Positions 47,152-55,860 of a DNA stretch of 64,000 nucleotides are shown here, one piece after another (the stretch's first letter is position 1; every line of letters begins with the position of its first letter). The notes under the pieces are model-generated. The model saw only the letters and a program-made list of their open reading frames with translations. It was not told the DNA's origin and made no database searches. This DNA is from a phage, in NCBI GenBank assembly GCA_019326865.1, contig GCA_019326865.1_4101.1. One strand, 5' to 3'. Both the position numbers and the translations under genes were made by a program.

Positions 47152-49824
47152 TTACGCACTGATTGTTACAGTTGCAGTATCTTTTTTATTACCATCCACA
47201 GTAGTCACTGTAATGATTACAGAACCTTCTTCTAGAGCAGTTACTAATCCATCATCACTAATAGATACTTTAGTAGGTTCATCTGCACTATAAGTTACTG
47301 ATTTGTTAGTTGCTTTAGCTGGAAGAACTTCAGGAACTAGTTGAACTGTTTTAGTTCCTGATAGTGAAAGTTCAGTAGTTTTAGGTGTTAAACTAACACT
47401 GGATACTGGAACTGGAATATTAACGATTACTGATGTTTGACCAGTAACATCACTACCATCAGCGGCAGTAGCGATAATATTTGCAGTACCATTAGTTAGT
47501 GCAGTTACGATACCAGTATTAGCATCTACTTTAGCAATTTCTGGAGCACTGGATGACCAAATTACTTTTTTATTGGTTGCATTACTTGGGGTAATTGCAG
47601 CAGTCATCTGTTTAGTTGCATTCAATGTAGTCAAAGTTTGATCTTTAGGAGTTACATCAATTGCAGTTACTGGCACTGGAATATTAACAGTAATAACACC
47701 TTGACCTGTTTTACCACTTCCATCAGCAGCAGTTGCGATAATGTTTGCAGAACCGTTAGTTAACGCAGTTACAACACCAGTACTAGCATCTACTTTCGCT
47801 ACAGCAGGTTTACTGGAAGACCATGTTACAGATTTATTTGTTGCGTTAGTTGGAAGAACTTCAGCAGCCATTGCTTGAGTTGCGTTAACAGCAGTCAATG
47901 TTTTAGTTGCTGGAGTAACATTAATAGATGCGACTGGAACTGGAATTGCTACAGTTACCGCACATTTTGCAGTTTTTGCTCCATCAGCAGTTGTTACTGT
48001 GATATCAGCAGTGCCATTTGCTACAGCAGTGATTAAACCAGTTGGACTAACAGTTGCCACTCCATCAGCAGAAGTACTATAAGTTACTGCTTTGTTGGTA
48101 GCATTAGGTGGTAGTACAGTTGGTGTTAGTTGTTGAGTATCACCGACTGAAGTTAATTTAGCACTTGTTGGAGATACTGATACACTTGCAACAGGAACTG
48201 GAATATTAACATTTACCACGCAAACTTTAGTAAATCCACCATCAGATGTGGTTGCTGTAATATTTGCAGTACCGTTTGCAACAGCAGTGATTAAACCAGT
48301 TGGACTTACCGTTGCGACACCCTCAGCAGAAGTAGTGTATGAAATATCTTTACGACGAGCGTTATCTGGAATAACAGATGCAGTTAGTTGTTGAGTAGCA
48401 CCTACAGAAGTTAGGGTTGCTGTCAACGGAGTCATATTAATACCAGTTACTGGGATCGTTACATCAATCACTGATTCAGCAGTTTTAGCACCATCATCAG
48501 TGGTAACAGTAATAGTTGTAGTACCGTTATCAACCGAAGTTACTAGACCAGTATTACTAACTTTTGCCACGTCTGGATATGAAGAAACATATGAAACTGC
48601 TTTATTGGATGCAGTTGTAGGAGCAACGGTTGTTTCTAATTGTTTAGTATCACCTAATGTTGAGAATGTATAAGTACTAGGAGTCATAGTGACACCAGAT
48701 ACAGGTGTTTTCACAGTGATAGTAGTAGTATCAGTTTTAGCACCATCTTCGGTTGTTGCTGTAATCACCACTGTACCGTTAGCAACACCAGTTACTAGAC
48801 CAGAAGTAGGGTTAACAGTTGCTATATCAGGTGTTGCTGAAGACCACGTGACGTTTTTATTAGTTGCATCATCAGGAGATATTGTAGCAGTTAATTGTTG
48901 AGTACCGCCAACGTTAATTGTTGCAGTTTTAGGAGAAACAACAACACCACTAACTGGAGTTGTTACAGTAACAGTACATTTTGAAACAAATATGCCATCA
49001 ACAGTAGTTGCAATTACATCAGTACTACCATCTGCAACACCAGTTACCATACCAGTTGGACTTACAGTTGCGACGCGTGGTATACTAGATAACCAATTAA
49101 CACGTTTATCACTTGCATCATCGGGTGATACGGTAGCTGTTAGTTGTTGAGTTTTACCAACACTAAGAGATAGAGTTGAAGGAGAAACAACAACACCACT
49201 AACTGGAGTTGTTACGGTAAATGCACAAACATCCGTGAAACCACCATCATGAGTAGTAACTGTTACATTTGCGTTACCATTAGCACGGGCAATTGCTAAA
49301 CCAGTTTGAGCATCAACTTCAACTATTGTTGGAGCAGAGGAACTATAACTTACTGTTTTATCATTTGCATAATCTGGATCAATTGTAGCTGATAGCTGTT
49401 GTGTACTACCAACTTTAAGTGCTACTACTTTAGGTGAAATAATTACACCATCAACTGGAGTAGTATAATCACGTTTAACCACACGACCATTGTTCAATTT
49501 AATAATACGACCCATATAAAGAGTAGTATATCCTTTACTAATCCCATCATCTACATAAATCATGAATGAATTGTCTTGAACCATATTAATTGCGTCTACT
49601 GGTTTAACGGAATTTGGAATGTCGATACCACGGGTATCATACCAACACATGGAAACTTTGTAATAGATATCACCATTATCATTTATGAGATCATAAACGT
49701 TACTGGAACGTTGACGGTTAATATATAAAGTTTCGGTTAACACCTTACCATCGATTTTAGCGACAGAAACTTTAATACCACCAATACCAAATGGCAATTT
49801 ACCTTCACTAGATATTGCTTTCAT
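47152..49824 (-). CDS. virion surface/decoration protein with nine Big_2 Ig-like repeats (Hoc-like or fibre-associated candidate)
   Basis: 890 aa; nine copies of 'NATNK.V.WSSS.P..A.V...G.VTA...G.A.I.AT..DG' pattern; only minus-strand gene; TATAAATA upstream. Confidence 0.8.
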   Translation of the reverse strand: MKAISSEGKLPFGIGGIKVSVAKIDGKVLTETLYINRQRSSNVYDLINDNGDIYYKVSMCWYDTRGIDIPNSVKPVDAINMVQDNSFMIYVDDGISKGYTTLYMGRIIKLNNGRVVKRDYTTPVDGVIISPKVVALKVGSTQQLSATIDPDYANDKTVSYSSSAPTIVEVDAQTGLAIARANGNANVTVTTHDGGFTDVCAFTVTTPVSGVVVSPSTLSLSVGKTQQLTATVSPDDASDKRVNWLSSIPRVATVSPTGMVTGVADGSTDVIATTVDGIFVSKCTVTVTTPVSGVVVSPKTATINVGGTQQLTATISPDDATNKNVTWSSATPDIATVNPTSGLVTGVANGTVVITATTEDGAKTDTTTITVKTPVSGVTMTPSTYTFSTLGDTKQLETTVAPTTASNKAVSYVSSYPDVAKVSNTGLVTSVDNGTTTITVTTDDGAKTAESVIDVTIPVTGINMTPLTATLTSVGATQQLTASVIPDNARRKDISYTTSAEGVATVSPTGLITAVANGTANITATTSDGGFTKVCVVNVNIPVPVASVSVSPTSAKLTSVGDTQQLTPTVLPPNATNKAVTYSTSADGVATVSPTGLITAVANGTADITVTTADGAKTAKCAVTVAIPVPVASINVTPATKTLTAVNATQAMAAEVLPTNATNKSVTWSSSKPAVAKVDASTGVVTALTNGSANIIATAADGSGKTGQGVITVNIPVPVTAIDVTPKDQTLTTLNATKQMTAAITPSNATNKKVIWSSSAPEIAKVDANTGIVTALTNGTANIIATAADGSDVTGQTSVIVNIPVPVSSVSLTPKTTELSLSGTKTVQLVPEVLPAKATNKSVTYSADEPTKVSISDDGLVTALEEGSVIITVTTVDGNKKDTATVTISA
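47155..49452 (-). repeat. intragenic tandem repeats encoding nine Big_2 Ig-like domains
   Basis: about 255 nt coding unit repeated nine times within CDS 47152-49824. Confidence 0.7.
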
Positions 49825-49860
49825 ATACTTTCCTTTATAAATTGTATTGTATTGTTATAT

Positions 49861-49868
49861 TATTTATA
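49861..49868 (-). promoter_or_regulatory. T4-type late promoter motif TATAAATA (minus strand)
   Basis: plus-strand 'tatttata' 37-44 nt upstream of minus-strand start 49824; AAGGAAAG RBS between. Confidence 0.5.
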
Positions 49869-50136
49869 TTATAACAAAATTATTTTAGTATTAAAAAGGA
49901 GTTCTAATGTTCCTTTATATTTTAAAGGAACATACTGTGTAAATCTGGTTTGGTCAGGTAAATCTTTCGGAGAGAAGGAAGTAGTGAATGACATTTTATC
50001 ATTAAAATCATCTCCTTACCTTTAAAATAGAATTGTAAACTGCCTCCTAATATGATACCATAGTTCAAATGGTAAATCAATGAACTTAACAAAAAAAACA
50101 CTTGATACTACAGTCATAATTGTTCAGTTTTTGTGC

Positions 50137-50165
50137 TTGACATAATTAATCAATTATTGTACTAT
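50137..50165 (+). promoter_or_regulatory. candidate promoter (TTGACA-17-TACTAT)
   Basis: in 376 bp divergent intergenic region upstream of CDS 50201. Confidence 0.35.
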
Positions 50166-50200
50166 TAATAATGTTCCTTAACTCAAATCCGAGGTAATTA

Positions 50201-50806
50201 ATGAAACGATTATTGAAAGAGATTATACAAACCGTTGTTATAATTGCTGCATTAAACTTTCCAGCGGCGGCAGAAGTTTCAAAAAAAGCATCTGTTTTTC
50301 TATTAAATGATCATGTTGGGTCAATTGATGGTGAACTAAATGATAAAACTGTACAAGATGTGGAGCAGTTGTGGAAAGAAAAAAAATTTAAAATTTTAAC
50401 AATTACATCACCTGGGGGTGATTTTGATGCTGGTATTAAAATGGGAAATTTTGTTAGAGACAATGGTATAAATTTAATTGTTTCTAGATATTGCAATTCA
50501 GCATGTACTGTGGTATTCTTTAGTGTGTCCCCTGAAAAACGATATATGACAAATCAATCAGTACTGGGATTACATAACATTTCAATCAAAAGTAACGTTA
50601 GAGATAGGGATAATACTTTTGTATCTGTTAGACAATTATCAACATTTACTGAAGAAATGGCAACAAAAGTAGGATTTTTATTTACACTATATTCAGCTAA
50701 TGGAATTCCACCTAGCGTTCTATATAGAGTTAGTCGTGCACGTGGTGAAGATGTTGTTATCTTAACAAAAAAAGACCTAATTCATTACGGTTCGGTAAAT
50801 CCATAA
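50201..50806 (+). CDS. secreted ClpP-fold (S14/S49-like) serine peptidase-like protein
   Basis: N-terminal signal-like 'VVIIAALNFPAAA'; 'ITSPGGDFDAGIKMGNFV' resembles ClpP SPGG core. Confidence 0.55.
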   Translation: MKRLLKEIIQTVVIIAALNFPAAAEVSKKASVFLLNDHVGSIDGELNDKTVQDVEQLWKEKKFKILTITSPGGDFDAGIKMGNFVRDNGINLIVSRYCNSACTVVFFSVSPEKRYMTNQSVLGLHNISIKSNVRDRDNTFVSVRQLSTFTEEMATKVGFLFTLYSANGIPPSVLYRVSRARGEDVVILTKKDLIHYGSVNP

Positions 50807-50874
50807 AAATAATTATAATAACAGGATGATTATGTTGTTCTTCCTTTGTTATTAACTATATCGGAAATATAACT

Positions 50875-51135
50875 ATGACAAACATCCAGAATTTGACGTC
50901 TATTATTTTTTATGCTACAGTGGTGATGTATGCTATTGTACTTATTTTAACAGTTTTTATTTACAAAGATTACAAAAAAGGCTTTATTAATAGTACAACA
51001 ATGAAGTTCAATTCTAAATTTGAAGCAATTATATTTTATGTTTTGACAACATCATATTTGTTGTGTATAATGTTACTAGGGTCATTGATTTATATTTTAT
51101 ATACAACATTATTTGCAATTGGAGCTATTTTATGA
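50875..51135 (+). CDS. small membrane protein
   Basis: 86 aa, multiple hydrophobic helices. Confidence 0.5.
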   Translation: MTNIQNLTSIIFYATVVMYAIVLILTVFIYKDYKKGFINSTTMKFNSKFEAIIFYVLTTSYLLCIMLLGSLIYILYTTLFAIGAIL

Positions 51136-51728
51136 CATGTATTATTGCACACACTGATGGTGTAACTTCATTTATTGCAGGGGACAAGATGGGGAGTGAT
51201 GGTTTTACGAAATCAATCCAAACAGAGCCTAAAGTGTTTGAGAAAGAATTTGTAAAGATTAGTGGTGATGACGGCTTGACTCGTACAAAAGATGTTATGA
51301 CAATTGGATTCACTACATCATTTCGTATGGGTCAACTGCTAACTTATAATTTAAATTTACCAGACCAAAATTCAAATGAGACGTTTCTACAGTATTTAGT
51401 ACTGAAAGTTATTCCTCTTATTCGTCAAATGTTTAAAGACGAATGGGGTGCACGTGATACAACACAAGATGTTGGTGGTGGTCAATTTATTATTTTACAC
51501 AATCATACGATTTATGAAATTCAGGAAGATTTTTCGGTTCTCCAGTCAAAATCAAGAGTTGCATCTGTTGGTAGTGGTACATATCATGCAATTGCAGCTA
51601 TGCAAGCATATATTGATCTTGAGAAAGAAACTAACGTACAACTACATGAACGTATCAAATCCATTTTCAAAATTGTTAGTGATAATGTATCGAGTGTAAG
51701 CGAAGAGTTTGATGTATTAAAATATTAA
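51132..51728 (+). CDS. HslV/proteasome beta-like Ntn-hydrolase peptidase
   Basis: ATGA start; 'MTCIIAHTDGVTSFIAGDKMGSDG' vs HslV 'TTIVSV...VIAGDGQATLG'; 'VGSGTYHAIAAMQAY' vs HslV GSGG motif. Confidence 0.55.
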   Translation: MTCIIAHTDGVTSFIAGDKMGSDGFTKSIQTEPKVFEKEFVKISGDDGLTRTKDVMTIGFTTSFRMGQLLTYNLNLPDQNSNETFLQYLVLKVIPLIRQMFKDEWGARDTTQDVGGGQFIILHNHTIYEIQEDFSVLQSKSRVASVGSGTYHAIAAMQAYIDLEKETNVQLHERIKSIFKIVSDNVSSVSEEFDVLKY

Positions 51729-51743
51729 AATTATAAGAGAGAA

Positions 51744-51938
51744 ATGATGGCATACACAATTTATGAATGGATTTTGAGTTTTATTATAGTATTTTTTATG
51801 GTTGTAATTTACAATAATGCTAAATGCTTATATAGAGATTTAAAATCCAATGGTTATCATGCAAACAATAATTTAATGTATGCCTATCATATTGGAATCA
51901 TTCTATTATTATCAATATATTTAATTGGTTTTATTTAA
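51744..51938 (+). CDS. small membrane protein
   Basis: 64 aa, two hydrophobic helices. Confidence 0.45.
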   Translation: MMAYTIYEWILSFIIVFFMVVIYNNAKCLYRDLKSNGYHANNNLMYAYHIGIILLLSIYLIGFI

Positions 51939-51947
51939 GGATTGCGT

Positions 51948-52700
51948 ATGATATCAGAAAAATTTATAAGTAATGAGGGAAACAAGAGATTACTTATTAT
52001 CTCAGGAGCAGGTCTTTCCGTTGAAAGTGGGATGGAGCCATTTCGATTTGATGATGGCTTATGGGATACATTTAAAATTAATGACGTATGTAATATTGCA
52101 AATTTAGATACAAAATATCATGTTGTTCATTCGTTTTATAACACACTGCGTGTTAAACTGGGTCAATGTGAACCAAATGCAATGCATTATTTTATAAAAT
52201 CCTTAGAGGACCAATATGGTGATTGTTTTCTTCATATGACCTCCAATATGGATGATCTTTATACACGTATTGGTGGCAAAGAACTAAAACTTCATGGTAA
52301 TTTATGTGAAGTGATAGAAAATTATAGTATTAATGGTGATGATTATAACATTGTTAACTGTGGTTATGAGCCATATATACCAAAACATGATGTTTTTGCT
52401 AAACCAAATGTAGTGATGATTGGTGAATATCACCGTTATGTTGATGGTGTTCGTTTGCCAATATATGAAGAAAGAAATAATGTTTTAAAAACACTTAATG
52501 AAAACGATACTGTGATTGTTATTGGAAGTAGTGATACAGTACTTGTGTGGTCCAGATTAGCTGCGGCATTACCCTGTTATAGCGTTAATGTTAACATTCG
52601 TAAAAATGATAATGATTTTCTGTTCAATGAAAAAATTATTCAACCAGCTACCAAAGCAATACCACAATTAGAGACTATAATTAAGGAACGTATGAAATGA
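51948..52700 (+). CDS. Sir2-family (sirtuin-like) NAD-dependent enzyme
   Basis: 'ISGAGLSVESGMEPFR', 'TSNMDDL', catalytic 'LHGNL', 'PNVVMIGEY'; ATG after AAGG. Confidence 0.75.
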   Translation: MISEKFISNEGNKRLLIISGAGLSVESGMEPFRFDDGLWDTFKINDVCNIANLDTKYHVVHSFYNTLRVKLGQCEPNAMHYFIKSLEDQYGDCFLHMTSNMDDLYTRIGGKELKLHGNLCEVIENYSINGDDYNIVNCGYEPYIPKHDVFAKPNVVMIGEYHRYVDGVRLPIYEERNNVLKTLNENDTVIVIGSSDTVLVWSRLAAALPCYSVNVNIRKNDNDFLFNEKIIQPATKAIPQLETIIKERMK

Positions 52701-53248
52701 GTGTTAAAGAAGTTCCCTTTGGTGAATATGGTTCACGTGCCAATTTTGTATTTTGCTATTTCTTTGCAAGAAAATGTAACCCTTACGAAAATTACGAATT
52801 GAATGATATACCAGAAGTAAATTTAGTATTACTTCAATTACGTTGGGATGGCCTTCTAGGGGGATGTGGTGGGACAGTTGAAAGTACTGATATCTCACTA
52901 GAAGATGCGTTACGTCGTGAAATTCAAGAAGAGATGGATTACAATATTTTTGTTTCCCATCTTCGACCACTTAAAACTTTTGAAATTTACCCAGGTGCAA
53001 ACAGTCATAGTTTTAGCTATGAAGTAACCTATGATGAGTTGAAACACATTAGAGATGGATACACTAATGCTAAACATGCGAGTGCTGAAGTGGCTGGTGT
53101 AAATTTATGTCATATTTCTCGTTATTCTAAGGGACAAAATCGAGAAGCGGGATATAATAATCTTATGACTCAGAACTTCATTGGTACAGCAAAACAAGAA
53201 TTGGAGTATCTGGTTCAAAAAGAAAACTTACTAATTAGTTATCTATAG
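52697..53248 (+). CDS. Nudix hydrolase-like protein
   Basis: Nudix-box-like 'GGCGGTVESTDISLEDALRREIQEEMDY'; ATGA overlap with Sir2. Confidence 0.6.
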   Translation: MSVKEVPFGEYGSRANFVFCYFFARKCNPYENYELNDIPEVNLVLLQLRWDGLLGGCGGTVESTDISLEDALRREIQEEMDYNIFVSHLRPLKTFEIYPGANSHSFSYEVTYDELKHIRDGYTNAKHASAEVAGVNLCHISRYSKGQNREAGYNNLMTQNFIGTAKQELEYLVQKENLLISYL

Positions 53249-53257
53249 GAGTTTAAC

Positions 53258-53578
53258 ATGTCTTACTCAATGTTTTTGGATGATATCCGTGATGCAAATC
53301 TATATTATCCAAACCAAGATATGGTGGTATGTCGTGACTTTAAAAGTGCATGTGAATATGTTATTGAAAATGGAATTCCAGCATTTGTATCATTCGACCA
53401 TGACTTGGGTGATGTGAGCGAAGACGAAAAGACTGGATATTCTTTTGCTAAGTTTCTTATTGATTATATGTTTGATAATAATATTAAAGAACCGTTTGAG
53501 TACTTTGTTCACAGTAGTAATCCTGTTGGTAAAATTAATATTGAAACATACTTAAACAATGGGTTTAACGCATTATGA
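53258..53578 (+). CDS. hypothetical protein (possible receiver-like domain)
   Basis: 106 aa; acidic 'FLDDIRD' and 'SFDHDLGD' pattern; assignment tentative. Confidence 0.45.
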   Translation: MSYSMFLDDIRDANLYYPNQDMVVCRDFKSACEYVIENGIPAFVSFDHDLGDVSEDEKTGYSFAKFLIDYMFDNNIKEPFEYFVHSSNPVGKINIETYLNNGFNAL

Positions 53579-53877
53579 TTCAAACACACATCAAAAGTCT
53601 TATTTGTACTGTTCTGTTAGGTGTAGGTGTTCTTTGGTTCGGATATTATCACGAGAACACTAAGCGTACTAACATTCACTACAATACCGCAGAAGTTGTT
53701 AGTTTAGGGCAATGTAGTGAGTCAAAATGTGCATTTACGTACAAAACCAGTAATGGTGAAATACGTAATGGACTATCAAGAGAACCAGTTTCGATTGGTC
53801 AACTTGTTTACCAGGAGTGCTGGGAAGAAAAGGTTCGAGGTTCACGTTGCTATGTTGAATACGAACCAAATATGTAA
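53575..53877 (+). CDS. small membrane-anchored protein
   Basis: 100 aa; N-terminal TM 'LICTVLLGVGVLWFGYY'. Confidence 0.5.
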   Translation: MIQTHIKSLICTVLLGVGVLWFGYYHENTKRTNIHYNTAEVVSLGQCSESKCAFTYKTSNGEIRNGLSREPVSIGQLVYQECWEEKVRGSRCYVEYEPNM

Positions 53878-53937
53878 TAATCCAAGTCAATAACATTAGT
53901 CGAGTACAAGGATGTACTCATAACTCAAGGATGTTTT

Positions 53938-55377
53938 ATGAAAAAATATACAATTGACACAAACGTACTACTATCTGATCCAAATGCGTCTGTTGCTTTT
54001 GATGGTGCTGCAATCATTCTACCATTTACAGTACTGGAAGAATTGGATTCGATTAAGAGTCGCAATGTTGATGTTTCACGTGATGCTCGTGTTGCGATTC
54101 GTAACATTGAAGCAATTATTGCAGAGGCATCACATAATGAGATTAGTTGTACTGGTGTTAATATTGCTGATGTTCATACCAATATGAATCCTGATAGCAA
54201 ATTGTTTGTTATTACAACCGAAGAAGCTGAGGCACTAATTCGTACTAAAGGTTCAGACGAGAAAGTTCAAACCCTTCTTAAAAGTACTGTACCTGATGAT
54301 AAAATTATTCTGGTTGCTTTAGCAACCGAATCAGTACTGGTAACTCGTGATATCAACATGCGTATCAAAGCACTAAGTTATGGTGTCGAGGTACAAGACT
54401 ATCGTCATGATATTGTTATTGGTGATAGTGATTTGATGCACATTGGTCAACATCATTTGGAACTCAATTTTTGGGATGTATATAGCAATTTAGCAAATAC
54501 AAATATTAAAACTGAACAAATTGGTCGTCGATTGTATCATTACATTCCTAAAAGCTTGATTGGTCATTTACTTCCACAAAATCTATGCATTGGTGATTAT
54601 CTATATGATGATGCTGATGTATTATTTGTATATGAAGGCCAATCAGCCATTGAGGAAGATGATGGCACACTAACACCAGAAGATATTTTGGTATTCCAAG
54701 ACATTGGTCAATCTGTAGCTTTGCGTGCTAAAGTATGGGATATTAAAGCAAAGAATATTCAACAAGCACTTGCAATCAACAGTATTCTCGATCCTGATGT
54801 ACACCTAACAGTGCTGCTAGGTTCTGCTGGAACTGGCAAAACATTAATTACGATTGCTACTGCACTAGAGTTAGTACTGGAAAAACGCAAATACGACCGT
54901 ATTATCTTCTCTAAAACACAAGATTCACAGTTTGAAGATATAGGATTCTTGCCAGGTTCTGAGACAGAGAAAGTTATCCCATTCTGTGGACCTGCAATTG
55001 ATGCTCTTGAGTATCTTCATAAAGATGATGTATCACCACAAGGTAGCATCGAAGAGATTCTCAAACGTAACGTGATGCAATTTAAAGCATTGAACTTTAT
55101 TCGTGGTCGTTCTTTTGCCAATACAATTCTAATTGTGGATGAAGCACAGAACTTAACACCAGCCCAGTTAAAAACTGTCTTGACAAGAGCCGGAGAAAAC
55201 TGTAAAGTAATCATACTTGGTAACCTAGCACAGATTGATAACAAGTTTATCAGTCCAGTAAACAGTGGTTTGACATATGTAACTGAAAAATTCAAGGATT
55301 GGAGTGGTTGTCGTATCATTGAATTAGAAGGTGTTGTTCGTTCACCACTTGCTGAATTTGCTGAAGAAAATATGTAA
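53938..55377 (+). CDS. phoH: PhoH-like ATPase with N-terminal PIN domain
   Basis: PIN 'YTIDTNVLLSDP'; Walker A 'GSAGTGKT'; Walker B 'LIVDEAQN'. Confidence 0.85.
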   Translation: MKKYTIDTNVLLSDPNASVAFDGAAIILPFTVLEELDSIKSRNVDVSRDARVAIRNIEAIIAEASHNEISCTGVNIADVHTNMNPDSKLFVITTEEAEALIRTKGSDEKVQTLLKSTVPDDKIILVALATESVLVTRDINMRIKALSYGVEVQDYRHDIVIGDSDLMHIGQHHLELNFWDVYSNLANTNIKTEQIGRRLYHYIPKSLIGHLLPQNLCIGDYLYDDADVLFVYEGQSAIEEDDGTLTPEDILVFQDIGQSVALRAKVWDIKAKNIQQALAINSILDPDVHLTVLLGSAGTGKTLITIATALELVLEKRKYDRIIFSKTQDSQFEDIGFLPGSETEKVIPFCGPAIDALEYLHKDDVSPQGSIEEILKRNVMQFKALNFIRGRSFANTILIVDEAQNLTPAQLKTVLTRAGENCKVIILGNLAQIDNKFISPVNSGLTYVTEKFKDWSGCRIIELEGVVRSPLAEFAEENM

Positions 55378-55405
55378 TATAATATGGGATGTACTGTCCC
55401 ATACA

Positions 55406-55414
55406 TGATATAAT
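55406..55414 (+). promoter_or_regulatory. extended -10 element TGATATAAT
   Basis: 31 nt upstream of CDS 55446. Confidence 0.35.
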
Positions 55415-55445
55415 GTTGTTATCATAATACAAAAGGAGATATAAA

Positions 55446-55634
55446 ATGGCTAAACAACCCAAGAAAAAAGAACCAGTAGCTAAAGTTAAAAAAGAAAAAG
55501 TTATTCAATCCAAAGAACAACGTATGTACGAACAACGTAAGAGTGAAACTCTATCTGGGCTACAAGCTCTACGCAAACAAGGTATTCTAACTCGTGCACA
55601 ATATCGTGAACTAGTATCTATGAAAGGTTTTTGA
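55446..55634 (+). CDS. small basic protein
   Basis: 62 aa Lys-rich; AAGGAG RBS; TGATATAAT element upstream. Confidence 0.5.
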   Translation: MAKQPKKKEPVAKVKKEKVIQSKEQRMYEQRKSETLSGLQALRKQGILTRAQYRELVSMKGF

Positions 55635-55737
55635 TTCATTTGAAGCAATATTATGGAGTTCTTAATAAATACTTTTATAAGAATAATAATACTTTTTATT
55701 AAATTAAAAAGAACTCCATGTGTTATTTCAGTTTTTT

Positions 55738-55765
55738 ATCCCTGTCAATTGGCAGGGATTTTTTC
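55738..55765 (+). terminator. rho-independent terminator
   Basis: ATCCCTG-TCAATTGG-CAGGGAT then TTTTT. Confidence 0.7.
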
Positions 55766-55860
55766 TATCTCTATCTTGACAAAAGGTTTAAAACATGAGA
55801 ACATACATTAAAGGTAGAATGACATTCCATTAGGTTATTTTTAACTTAAAGGAGATATAT

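Noticed and set aside
48689-48901. 70-aa + strand ORF inside the Big_2 gene
   Set aside because: Antisense to a well-supported repetitive CDS; artefact of Thr/Val/Ala-rich codons.
55777-55830. Sigma70 promoter from the TTGACA at 55777 upstream of CDS 55861
   Set aside because: No acceptable -10 hexamer at 16-19 nt spacing (GAACAT or TACATT only), so not annotated.
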